Below, one piece after another: positions 1 to 10,123 of a DNA stretch of 19,244 bases. The position numbers were made by a program, and so were the translations under genes. This DNA comes from Macrostomum lignano (lineage: Eukaryota): contig NIVC01004346.1 in NCBI GenBank assembly GCA_002269645.1, positions 1 through 19,244 on the forward strand, written 5' to 3'. Positions within the stretch are counted from its first letter, which is position 1, and each line of letters begins with the position of its first letter. The notes beneath the pieces were generated by a model. It ran no database searches. It saw only the letters and a program-made list of their open reading frames with translations, and was not told where the DNA came from.

Positions 1-1204
1 ATGACTTTATAAGGCTGGAGGCCGCTCTCTCGGTTGTGAACTTCCTGCCAGACGAAGAATCGTTTCAAGCGCTAGGAATTTGTTTGGAGAGCAGAAGTTC
101 CTTGTAAATCAATACGAGGGATGGCGAAACGTCTTCGTAGCTTATATAGTCTGTATGCAGATGTCGCTGGAGACCATGCCCACAATGGTATTCGAGATGT
201 TCACCAGCGCCTTCGTGAACGACAGCTTCGACTCGGTGAAGAGTATCGTTAGCGACGTCAAGCAGACCATGAAGCGTAGCGTGGACGAAGAGTCCTGGAT
301 TCGACTGCCGAGCAAAATGTCAATCAATAGCAAACTGGACGCTCTACAGAGCACCTGTCCTACCCCCGCTTCAACATGTCCGAGTTCACGGAGGTCTACT
401 CAAACTAGAACAATCGAGTCCGGCATTGCGAGTCATTCGGCCAAATCATTCTGGTGTACAAAAGCGCCTTGGGAAAGAATCAACTCTGGTACTTGAGCAC
501 CAATCAGCCAAAGTGGAGAGCCAAGGAGATCTTCGAAAATGCAATGGCAGTAAACTCTCGGTACTCGGAGGTTGACAACGCAATCTTCATTTACCTGGGA
601 CTGCTGCGAACCCAAATCTACTTGAAGGGCTCCCCCGACTACCTGCTGTACGGAGGCGTCGGCAGCGTCATCGGTCACGAGATCGGGCACGCCTTCGACT
701 GGAACGGACGCCACCTTGATGGCAGCGGACAAAAAATTTTCTTAACGATATTTGGTGGAGACACGGAGAGTACCGCAGTCGAAGTCAGTGCCTCATCAAA
801 TCGTATGATCAGCTGATCAGCTCAGAACTTGGTATACTCGGAAAGAAAGGCAACCAAACGGTCACTGAGAACTTTGCAGACATTGTGGGCGTCAATGCGG
901 CATTCGTGCATACAGAGCGAGTGCAGCTCGATCGCTGAGGTCAGGGAAGTCGCCTGAGACGCTGCCAGGTGAGAAGCTGTCAGGTCTGACACATGAGCAG
1001 CTGTTATTCATCCAGGATGCTCAGTTTCACTGTGCGAAGGCTGAGAAGACTCAGCGTCAACAGTTCGGCTTGGACCCGCACACGCCTCCGAGGACGCGTA
1101 TGAACGGCAGGGCGATGCACTCGAATGACTTCGCCAAGGTGTTGAGCTGCAAGCCGGGAGATGCCATGTACCTGAGCGATGACAGCAAGTGCCACTTCTG
1201 GTGA
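1..1204 (+). CDS. Host M13-family (neprilysin-like) zinc metallopeptidase, C-terminal part; 5'-partial and frameshifted in this sequence
   Basis: Stitching frames gives YGGVGSVIGHEIGHAFD (HExxH), TENFADIVG (third Zn ligand Glu, ~865-890), DPHTPPRTRMNG and the typical ending SCKPGDAMY...KCHFW* (TGA 1202-1204). Several 1-bp frameshifts (e.g. ~782, ~905). No obvious introns in this segment. Confidence 0.88.
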
Positions 1205-1398
1205 TCAGGAGACTGTGCAATGCTTTTTATTTCGAGTTAAATTTGACAGTTCTCTAGTTGGTTTTATTCACCTGGATCAGTTTTTTTCTATATATCGTAT
1301 TCAATCTGCGCATGATTCATTGCTTCTGTCATAATCGAAGTTCATCGCTAATTTTATGTACTCAAATCGAAATTTTGTTGAGTTACTACATACACATT

Positions 1399-1404
1399 AA
1401 TAAA
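1399..1404 (+). promoter_or_regulatory. Candidate AATAAA polyadenylation signal of the M13 gene
   Basis: Canonical hexamer ~195 nt after the M13 stop, in an AT-rich 3' region; position only. Confidence 0.35.
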
Positions 1405-1405
1405 G

Positions 1406-1700
1406 AGTAGAAGGCATGAGGGGGCTTCTGGGACAAAATTTTTCACCTCCTCCATAATCCCATTAAATCCATCCATATTATCCCTGACAGAATCAGAAAA
1501 AAGGGGGGTCGCACTCGCTCCGAAAACGTCCTCCATAATCCACCTAAATCCATCCATATTATCCCCGACAGAATCAGAAAAAAAGGGGGGTCGCACTCGC
1601 TCACAAAACGTCCTCCATAATCCCATTAAATCCATCCATATTATCCCTGACAGAATCAGAGCATAACAGGTGTCCTACTTGCTCCGAAAACTTCGAACAT
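1406..1700 (+). repeat. Left TIR, containing three ~81-87-bp units (1451, 1532, 1614)
   Basis: 1406-1460 is the exact reverse complement of 16492-16546. Units begin tccataatcc(cat/acc)taaatccatccatattatccc. Confidence 0.95.
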
Positions 1701-1737
1701 GATCTGTCAATTTTCTCTTTACCTCCCAGTCCAGTAG

Positions 1738-1946
1738 TAGTTCAGTAGTATGCTCGAGTAAAAAGTTTAAAGAAATAATTATCTCGACTTCTAGGAAAAA
1801 ACCTTTCACCTCCAGTTTAATCAACATAGTTCAGTAGTATGCTCGAGTAAAAAGTTTAAAGAAATAATTATCTCGACTTCTAGGAAAAAACCTTTCACCT
1901 CCAGTTTAATCAACATAGTTCAGTAGTATGCTCGAGTAAAAAAGTT
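1738..1946. repeat. 89-bp direct tandem repeat, 2 full copies plus a ~31-bp partial
   Basis: Unit tagttcagtagtatgctcgagtaaaaagttt...caaca starts at 1738, 1827 and 1916; the full copies are identical. Confidence 0.95.
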
Positions 1947-2577
1947 ACACTTGTTCTCTGGGGCTCCTGCAGAGAGGACAGGTTTGCTCACCCTGAGCAA
2001 GTGCGGTTGTCAAACACTGGTTGCAGAAGACGCCCCTGCAACATGTAGTAAAAACAGGATCTTGTGGTTCGTGTTGACAATAGGGGCACAGCCCTCCAGA
2101 ATTTGACCAATCCGTAACCATTGGCTCAGCCTTCGGCTGGATCGGTGGTTGTGATGGACCAGGCTGCGACGCGGCCAGTTGGGTTGGCGGTTGAAGCCAT
2201 GTCGTCGGTGGCGGTGGCAAATTTGTTAACGCCGGCGATTCCACAGGCGGATGGTTAGGCAGTGGTGGATCGGCCTCTTGGAAGCGGATATTATCCGCTT
2301 CCTCTTCTTCCGCACGTCTTTCTTGATTGAATCTAGTTTGTGTACGAACGGTTTCTTCTAGATGGTGAAGTTTATTTCGCGAGGATCGATACTCCCGAAG
2401 ACGTTGCAAAAATAGTTCGTTTTCCTTATATTGCGGCTCCTCTTCTTGTAGAAATACTTCTACATTAATCCTTCTGAAGTCAGATTTTCTGTGGCTGGCT
2501 GTGAGGGGTCCTAGTTTACTATTTTGTTTCCGTTTCAATGCAATAACACGTTCCTTGAGAGTCGAAAGAGAAGGCAT
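1945..2577 (-). CDS. Accessory protein with C-terminal RING finger (putative E3 ubiquitin ligase) and a Pro-rich linker
   Basis: CPYC-x11-CC-x4-CNQC-x11-CPLC at the C-terminus; basic/helical N-terminus; 210-aa open ORF. Confidence 0.8.
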   Translation of the reverse strand: MPSLSTLKERVIALKRKQNSKLGPLTASHRKSDFRRINVEVFLQEEEPQYKENELFLQRLREYRSSRNKLHHLEETVRTQTRFNQERRAEEEEADNIRFQEADPPLPNHPPVESPALTNLPPPPTTWLQPPTQLAASQPGPSQPPIQPKAEPMVTDWSNSGGLCPYCQHEPQDPVFTTCCRGVFCNQCLTTALAQGEQTCPLCRSPREQV

Positions 2578-2665
2578 GTGCCAAGTGTGGCGAGACGTGC
2601 ACAGTTCTTCCTTGAATTTATACGCTCATACTCGTAGGCTATTTTTAGATATTCATACGTATAGA

Positions 2666-2750
2666 CCAACTAGGCGGGCCACATTCCGAGGCCAAATCGG
2701 CGGGCCGAGGCCAACTCGGCGGGCCAACTGGCCTCGCAATTTGGCCAATA
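2666..2750. promoter_or_regulatory. GC-rich cluster of three 15-bp CCAAMTMGGCGGGCC motifs upstream of the RING gene; candidate promoter
   Basis: Copies at 2666-2680, 2692-2706 and 2711-2725, followed by GGCCAAT at 2743-2749. Confidence 0.5.
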
Positions 2751-2936
2751 ATCAATATCAATCAAGGAGGGAATCTCAACATACACAGTCCATGCATGCT
2801 AATGGCGGCGAAGCGGTTGACTTTTTATTTTCTGCTCTTAGCTCTCTGGAGAATGAGAATCTCTCTTGTGCGCAACTCTTTAGGGAATAAAAAACTGTAC
2901 TTACTCAAATCCACACTTGCTCATGCCCTTCCCGAT

Positions 2937-3432
2937 TCAAGCGCCCCTTTCTACCCCCAGCTCTTTCAGCAGTCTTCCCAATTCATTGTTAGGAGCGCAC
3001 AAAATAAACTCTGCTCCCGTGCGTTCGCCCTCTCTCCCGTGCACTCGCCCTCTCTCCCAAACACCGCCCTCGGCGTACACCCCCAACCCCAGTTTTGTCT
3101 TACTAAAAATAACAGCTTTAACTAGCTTCCGAGCGATCGACTCACGAAATCCGCTTGAAGCCCCTATATTGTCTAGTCTCTTAAGCATTTCTTTGTCCCA
3201 GCGATTCTTCTCCTCAGGAAAATCTCTATATTTAACGTCGTGCCACATGCAGACAGAGTCTAGCTCGTTCACAGGCTCATGCCCAGGATTGGATTATTGT
3301 TTTTATCTAACTGTATTTCAAGTGGATTCAAAGGCCCGCAATATTTATAGCCGGGAAGTGTCCAGCCTTTGTTTGGATGAGGAAGCTTTTCTATCAGTCC
3401 ATGTGAATCTATTTTACCACCAGAGCGTGCAT
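2937..3432 (-). CDS. PLA2X: Parvovirus-type phospholipase A2 domain protein (PLA2X-like), frameshifted
   Basis: One frame gives WTLPGYKYCGPLNPL (Ca2+ loop); after a 1-bp shift at ~3287 it continues GHEPVNELDSVCMWHDVKY (catalytic HD) and KTKLGLG. ATG at 3432 requires a second inferred shift at ~3427. Confidence 0.85.
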
Positions 3433-3462
3433 TATTTTATTTAAAATTTTCTTTTTAAATAA

Positions 3463-4493
3463 ATGACAGATCAGAAACTTAAAAAACTCTACTACAGCGA
3501 CAAAGGATTCTTTGTAGGCAAAAATGCCGTTAGTAAACTCATGGAGCTGAGTAAGGAACCAAAAGCTACAGTAGAAAATGGCTCTCTAAGCAGGCTGTCT
3601 TTCAAGTCTATTTCCCACCAGTAAAATTTGAAAGGCCCATTTCAGTATTTATAAACCTAATGAGCGCACCAAGCAGATCTTTTGTTTCTCCCCAACGACT
3701 CAGGCTACAAGTATGCTCTTACAATTACAGACGTTGCTCCAGATATAAGGAAGCGAGACCGCTTAAGACGAAGAAGTCAGAAGCAGTTGCAGCCGCCCTC
3801 CAAGATATTTATAAAAACTCTCCGCTCACATACCCCCAAATCTTTATGACCGACCCGGGTAAGGAATTCATGGGTGTAGTGAAATCCCTTATGGAAAAGA
3901 AAAACACAGAGATTCGCTATGGCAGAACAAACTTGCACAGAGACCAGGCTTTTGTGGAAAGATTCAATCTAACTCTAGCCAAGAGACTATTCACTAAGCA
4001 GACAGCGCAAGAACTCAAACTGAGTGCGGGGCAGTACTATACCAAGTGGACAGAAAGACTCCCCACTGTTATAGAGCAACTGAACAATGAAGTCACACGC
4101 ATGACTGGATTGAAACCATCCCATGCAATTAAACAAGACACTGTCGAACTTAAGGCATCTCATAGAACAGACAACAACACGACAACCCCACACAACACAC
4201 AAACACAAAACACACCTCGAACTACCCTAAGCTTCCAGGAGTTGAATCACCATACATACTGACAAACTCTGAGTTTCTACGCTTTTTATATCTACCTGGA
4301 GAGCTAGAGAAGACACCAAAAGAAGAGCTACAGATCCATACTTCAGCCTTGATGTACATAAAATAGACAGACATTTTACCTCCGACTCCGGTGACTATTA
4401 CTTTTTATCTCAGCCTTTAACCCTAAATCCCCCACGCGGTCATTCACTAGAGCTGAACTCCTAGTGATACCAGCTGACACAGAAATTAATTAA
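3463..4493 (+). CDS. INT: Retroviral-like DDE (rve) integrase of Maverick type, frameshifted
   Basis: Stitched: HQADLLFLPND (D), FMTDPGKEF (D), QAFVERFN (E), and C-terminal KRRATDPYFS and RSFTRAELLVIP; stop TAA at 4491-4493. Shifts at ~3578, 3638, 3667, 3738 and in the 3' part. Confidence 0.93.
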
Positions 4494-4509
4494 AATATTA
4501 AAATAAAAA

Positions 4510-4827
4510 ATGACAAAGATTGAAACCAGAACCATCAATAAACTCAATAAAATCATTGAATCAAAGAAACCAGGTCTTATATCAATTAAAGGTGCCAAAG
4601 TAAAAGTCGATCCCACGCAGCAAATAGTTCAGTGTAATGAGCAAAGACACAGCATCACAGATGAAAAGTCAGGAGGAATCCTACCATTAGCAGCTCTTAT
4701 TCCGATCATTGCAGGCGCTGTAAGTGCCGCAGGTGGTGTAGCTGGAGGTGTAGCAACTGCTGTTAAAGCTGGGAATGATAGAGCCCACCAGCTGAATTGC
4801 AAAAGATTGCAAGAGACAAAGGTATAA
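4510..4827 (+). CDS. Small putative virion protein with a Gly/Ala-rich hydrophobic segment after a KSGG site; true end probably ~4885 after a frameshift
   Basis: KSGG|ILPLAALIPIIAGAVSAAGGVAGGVATAVK. The alternative frame after ~4790 reads AELQKIARDKGITIKAGEG. Confidence 0.65.
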   Translation: MTKIETRTINKLNKIIESKKPGLISIKGAKVKVDPTQQIVQCNEQRHSITDEKSGGILPLAALIPIIAGAVSAAGGVAGGVATAVKAGNDRAHQLNCKRLQETKV

Positions 4828-5034
4828 CAATTAAGGCAGGAGAGGGCTGCCCCGATCGTGATGATTGTGAGATGAAAATTCTGTAAGCAAGTCTGACATT
4901 GTCAAAGCATCATGACACTGCACAATGCTGGGTTTACAATAATGCGCATGTGATGAGGTTTAAAACCCCACTTTATCCAGCTTCATAAACCTAGCGCTAC
5001 TTATAGGATGTAGAAACAGTTCAACTTTTCTATC

Positions 5035-5048
5035 AGGGTGGTCACCCT
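5035..5048. promoter_or_regulatory. Palindrome AGGGT-N4-ACCCT upstream of PolB
   Basis: AGGGTGGTCACCCT ends 29 bp before the ATG at 5078; a second copy of the pattern lies at 16025-16038. Confidence 0.4.
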
Positions 5049-5077
5049 CAAATTTTTTTTATATTTTAGAGAAAAAA

Positions 5078-8000
5078 ATGCCAAAAGCTAATCCAGCAAA
5101 AGATTTAGTCAACAAACATTTTTCAAAAGGCGTCTCATTTCAAGACAAAAGTAATTTACTAAGAGAAGCATGTAAACAAAAGTTTAACACCGACCCTGGT
5201 CACCTGGGAAGCTATGAAAAACAGTTGGAAATCATCAATCAATTAGAATCCAACCAGTATGCGCCTATACAAAATCCTGCAAAGGAACACCAAGAGAGGA
5301 GTCGCAACTTAGTTAACAAATACGAAACTCTCACTGGTGAAAAAGCAAAGTACCCACAAAATAAGCAGGAACAAGAGAAATTAGAGCAATTAATCCATTT
5401 AAAAGAGTCGGAGCTTGCCATGAAGAGATTAATTTTGCACAGAGGAAGTTTACAGAACATTACATAGAGTACACAATCCCAATTAACGGCACCACCGCAA
5501 ACATCTACGACTATAAAGACAGCATCCAATCAGTTGTTGATCACACACTCAAAACACGCAAGACCTTTAAACTACAGATATCATTCAAGATTGCGTTTTA
5601 TATGCCTGCAAAACCCACTGAGCATCTCGAGTATTACATGACAACAAAGGCAAAGCCATTCACCCCTACAGACACACTGGATCCTTTCCTTCAAGATGTC
5701 ACTAAGAAAATTGAAGCGTTTACATCCAGAGGTTCCGGATGGGTCGTGGGAGGGATTCAAAGAGCGACTGTCATGGTCATGAAATATGACCCACTTAAAG
5801 CCTCCTCTTATATAGAGCTCCCGCATAAGCTAGCCGGCAAAAAAGCTTGCATAAATGTTAAAAATAAAGACAATTGCTGTGCTCTATGGGCAGTTCTTTC
5901 TGCACTTCTTTAGTGTCCCTCACCACCCCGAAAGAACCTCAAATTATCAAAATTATTTCAACTACTATCTCATCGAATGCGAAAAGAAGGGAATCAGGTT
6001 TGACAAAGGAGGCTTGGCGATCTCTCAGATCCCAAAGCTAGAAGAAGTGTTTAATAACAAAATTAGAATCACAGTCTTTGAGTGGAGTGAAAAAACTGAG
6101 AAAGTTCAACCGGTCAGATGTAGCAAAGACGTTTTAGATCCTGAGGGGAAAAGGCGGACTGAAGTGGATCTTCTAGTGATTGGTAATTTACTAGAGGAGG
6201 CTCACTATGTTTGGATTAAAGATCTTTCAAGACTCATTCACAAGCAGTTGAATAATCATCACGAGGCTGTTGCCATCTGCCGCTTGTGCCTTAAGCATTA
6301 CAGTGGACCTGAACGCTTTGAAAAGCTAACAGAGCATGAATTATCATGCGAGGATCACCCGACAAACTGCTCTCTTCCTTCAGCTGAAGAGAAGTATCTC
6401 CGGTTTAAGAACTATCACAAGATGGAGAAGCTCCCATTTGTTGTATATGCTGATTTCGAATGCTCAATCGTGCCAGAAACTCAAAAACAAACTCAAACTC
6501 AAAAACATGTCCCCAATTCAGTAGCATATGCCTTTATTAATACAAAAGGACTTGTTGAGTATAATTATTTCTTTGGAGAGCAGTGTGTGGAGCAGTTTAT
6601 TGCCAGAATGTTAGAGTTGCAAAAAGTGATTAGCACCCTTCAACCTGTTCCAATAATGATGACTGAGGAGGATGAAAGCAATTTCCTATCAGCAACTCAT
6701 TGCCACATCTGCAGGAAACATTTAACTTGCACTAATATTAAAAACCCCACCGTTAGGGACCACTGCCACTTTACTGGGAAATTTAGAGGTGCAGCGCATA
6801 ACACCTGTAATCTAAAGCTAAAATCGAACATTCATGATCTAACGATATTTTGTCACAACGCAAAGAACTATGACATGCATTTAATAGTTGAAAAAATCGG
6901 CATGATTCCAGACATACACCTTGATTGCATCGCAGAGAACAAGGAGAAGTTTAAGTGTGTTGATATTAAACAGGATAATTCGGGTACAGGTAAAATAAGA
7001 CTGAAGGATTCATATCAATTTCTAGCTGCCAGTCTAGACGAACTAAGCAAGAATCTAAAAGATGAACAATGTACATATACAAAGATGTTTGCAAGTAAAA
7101 TTAACAACAGTGATGAATCATTTAAACTTGAGAAAAAGGCTTCTACCCCTATGAAAATATTACTGGGTATCACGTATTTGAAGAAGGTTTACCACCACAG
7201 GAGAAGTTCTTTTCAAAGCTAACAGACTCTGGAATCTCTGACAAAGACTATGAGCACGCGAAGCATGTCTATAATTACTTTAATTGTCAAAACTTCTTCC
7301 AGTATCACCTGCTTTACCTCTTCACAGATGTGTTTCTGCTGGCTGATGTGTTTGAAACCTTCAGATACACCTGGTACACAGCATATGGCCTCGATCCAGC
7401 ACATTATGTGTCTCTGCCTGCCACTAGCTGGGAATCTTTGCTTAAAATGAAATGGGATCAAGATCCAGATTGGTACATTGAACTTCTTACAGACATTGAC
7501 ATGTACAATTTTGTCGAATCGTCAAAGCGAGGGGGATCTCAATTTGCGTTAACAGGTATGCAAAAGCAAACAATCCCTACATTGAATCTTACAATAAGGA
7601 GCAGCCCTCAAACTACATTACTTACTTGGACGCTAATAATCTCTACGGGTGGGCGATGAGTCAAGATCTTCCAGTTAGAGATTTTCGATGGCTACCCTCA
7701 TCAGAACAAAGTGGGACTTTTCATTGGCTGCCATTTATGAGGTTGATGTTTACATTCCACCAGAGCTTCACGACTATTTCTCTGACTTTCCACCCTTCCC
7801 AGAGAACATCAAGTGCCCGAAAATAATCGAAACTCCCAATGATAATAATGGAACTTGGCACCTGTCAGGAACAGAAAAAGAACATACAGAGAAACTAACA
7901 CAGAATCTAAACAACAAGACACGTTACAAAATCCATTACAAACTGCTTCAGTATTTTATCTCACTTGGTTGCAGGGTCACCAAAGTTCACAGGGCTCTTA

Positions 8001-8885
8001 CATTTACAGAGGAAGCGTGGATGAAACCCTACATTGATAAGAACACCCAGTTTAGGACCAAAGCAACCAACGACTTTGACAAGAACCTCTTTAAGTTGGC
8101 CAACAACTCTGTCTATGGCAAGACTCTTGAGAATGAGCGGAAAAGAACAAACCTGAAACTTGTTACCTCATCAGAGCCTGCTGTTATTCAGGCAAATATG
8201 TCAAAGCCAACATTCAAAGAACTCCATATCTTTAATAGCTACTTAGGTGTGATCATATTTTACAAAACCAAGGTGACGCTGCGCAAGCCGATCTATACAG
8301 GTGTCACTGTTCTCGACGAATCAAAACGTCTGATGTACCAGTTCTTCTATGGCATGAAGCAGCAGTACAAGGATAAAATGAAACTCTTGTACACTGACAC
8401 AGACAGTTTTATTATGGACATTCAAACAGAAGACATTTATCAGGACATGCTGCAGCAAAAAGATTTGTTTGACTTGTCTGAGTATGATGAATCTTGCAGG
8501 ACACAGAATGGCGATCAAGTGTTTGACGCCACTAACAAGAAAGTGATTGGGAAAATGAAGGACGAGATTGCTGGTGACATAATCACTGAATTCATTGGGT
8601 TGAGAGCAAAGTCCTATTTTATAAAATGTGAGTCGTCAGACCCAATAAAAAATCAAAGGGAATTCCGAAACGTGTGTTAGGAAGGAAATTAATGAAGCTG
8701 AATACAGAGACGCCTTGAATTGCAACAAAAAGACATCACATGAGTTCTCAAAGCTACAATCTAAAAACCATATTATTCACACAATTCAGCAAAAGAAGAT
8801 TGGACTGTCAGGTGCAGATAACAAGAGATTCATTTTTGATGACAATATCAACAGTCTACCGTTCGGGCATTGGAGATTAGGTTAG
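5078..8885 (+). CDS. pPolB: Protein-primed family B DNA polymerase (~1270 aa when stitched), frameshifted
   Basis: GSGW...KKACINVKNKD, exonuclease YADFEC and CHNAKNYD, EndoVII-like CHIC..RDHCHFTGKFRGAAHNTCN, motif A YLDANNLYG, motif B KLANNSVYGK, motif C YTDTDS, GKMKDE, GLRAKSY, and ending LPFGHWRLG* (TAG 8883-8885). Joins ORF-track pieces 5078, 5602, 5855, 7330, 7626 and 7688. Confidence 0.96.
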
Positions 8886-8926
8886 GTTTAGGAGGTTAGG
8901 AGGTGGAGGAGGTTTAGGTTTTTAGG
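8877..8926 (+). repeat. G-rich tract with six TTAGG pentamers and GGAGG units
   Basis: TTAGG at 8877, 8882, 8888, 8896, 8914 and 8922. Confidence 0.8.
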
Positions 8927-8958
8927 TTTAAGAGAAAGTTTAATAAACCTCATAAAAA

Positions 8959-9359
8959 ATGACGACAAATAACTTTCTTGAAGATTTGGCTAACGAACTG
9001 GAAATCCCAAACTTTAGAGGAATATTTATGAGGGACACTCTGCCTGATTTTCCTCTAAGAAAGAATGCGGCATCATGAACTTTGACACCACCGATAAGCC
9101 AGGATCTCATTGGGTTTGCTGGGTGATTGATCCCGATCGCAAGCACAAGTGTTATTACTTCGATAGCTATGGGACGGCAGTACCAGAAGAGCTAAGAAAT
9201 TATATGAAGGGAAAAAATAATAAAAAAATTTATCGCTCAGACTTTATTCTCCAAGGTCTTAGCAGTGATATTTGCGGTGAGCTGTGCATGACTGTTTTGT
9301 ATGCAATGACCAAAACACGAAAGACCTACAAGGAAATTATTCGTACCTGTGTTTCATAG
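8959..9359 (+). CDS. PRO: Adenain-like (C5-type) cysteine maturation protease, one frameshift at ~9062
   Basis: NFRGIFMRDTLP...CGIMNFD...GSHWV (His), YFDSYG (Asp), QGLSSDICGELC (Gln, Cys). Confidence 0.93.
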
Positions 9360-9363
9360 GGGT

Positions 9364-10019
9364 TCATTGTGCATTTCTCGTTGTACTTCTCGTTGTCCTT
9401 CTTTCCACATAATGTTGAAGAACTTTCTCGAGTTCATTTCTCAGCTGACTCATGTCATCAGTACCGACCATGTTCAAGTTCATTCGAATTGATTGTTCAT
9501 AAAGATCCTGAATGGTTTTGAACTCATCCTCTGAAATGAACTTATCCTCGATTGCCCTTGAAATGTACCCTATGATTGATGTGTGCACCCCTTTCTCTTT
9601 TACTTGCTTCTCCTGTAGCTGCTTTAGTTTTTTTCGCCTGTTTCGCGCTAATGCTCCAGTAATTGCTGAAATAAGTCCACATGCAGCACCCACAGAGCCG
9701 AGTGGATTGCGATTGGGGCTGTGATGACTGGCAACACTGAGACAGCTGCAGCAGATCCAGATAGAACAGACACAGATCCTAGAATCATATTGCTGTAGTC
9801 GAAAAATTTACAGTGGTTGTCATAGCGCTTAATTTTCTTTGTGTTGTGGAAAATATTTTTTTCAAGATCATCGCGCATTTTTTGAATCTCCACCAGTCGA
9901 AACTGTTGAGAGTTACAAGTAATGACGGGGTAGAGTTTTTGTTGCTCATATTGGGGTGCACTAGGTGCACTAGGTGTTGTGGGAGCATTCTGATCATAAA
10001 GAGAATTTTGAGCATCCAT
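9364..10019 (-). CDS. Maverick-type protein with a central hydrophobic hairpin, frameshift at ~9700
   Basis: Stitched: LYP..FRLVEI...KKIKRY...ILGSVSVLSGSAAAVSVLPVITAPIAI(P)LGSVGAACGLISAITGALARNRRKKLK...ISRAIEDKFISEDEF. Pattern recalled from Polinton proteins. Confidence 0.7.
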
Positions 10020-10123
10020 TTTTTAAGGGAATTTTTAAAAAAAATCGACAACTAGTTGGTGGTGTTAGATTTGTTTTACGTTGATTGCTTCGTCTGCAGT
10101 GCGCAACAGGTCTCTGAATCTGC

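Noticed and set aside
1354-1635. ORF MDLMGLWRTF... and its mirrors at 16088-16351 and 16233-16607
   Set aside because: They arise from reading through the TIR repeat units and cross the element boundary; no coding signature.
2501-3444. Plus-strand ORFs 2501-2890, 2796-3125 and 2917-3444
   Set aside because: They overlap the RING and PLA2 genes or the promoter region in antisense, are low-complexity and have no motifs.
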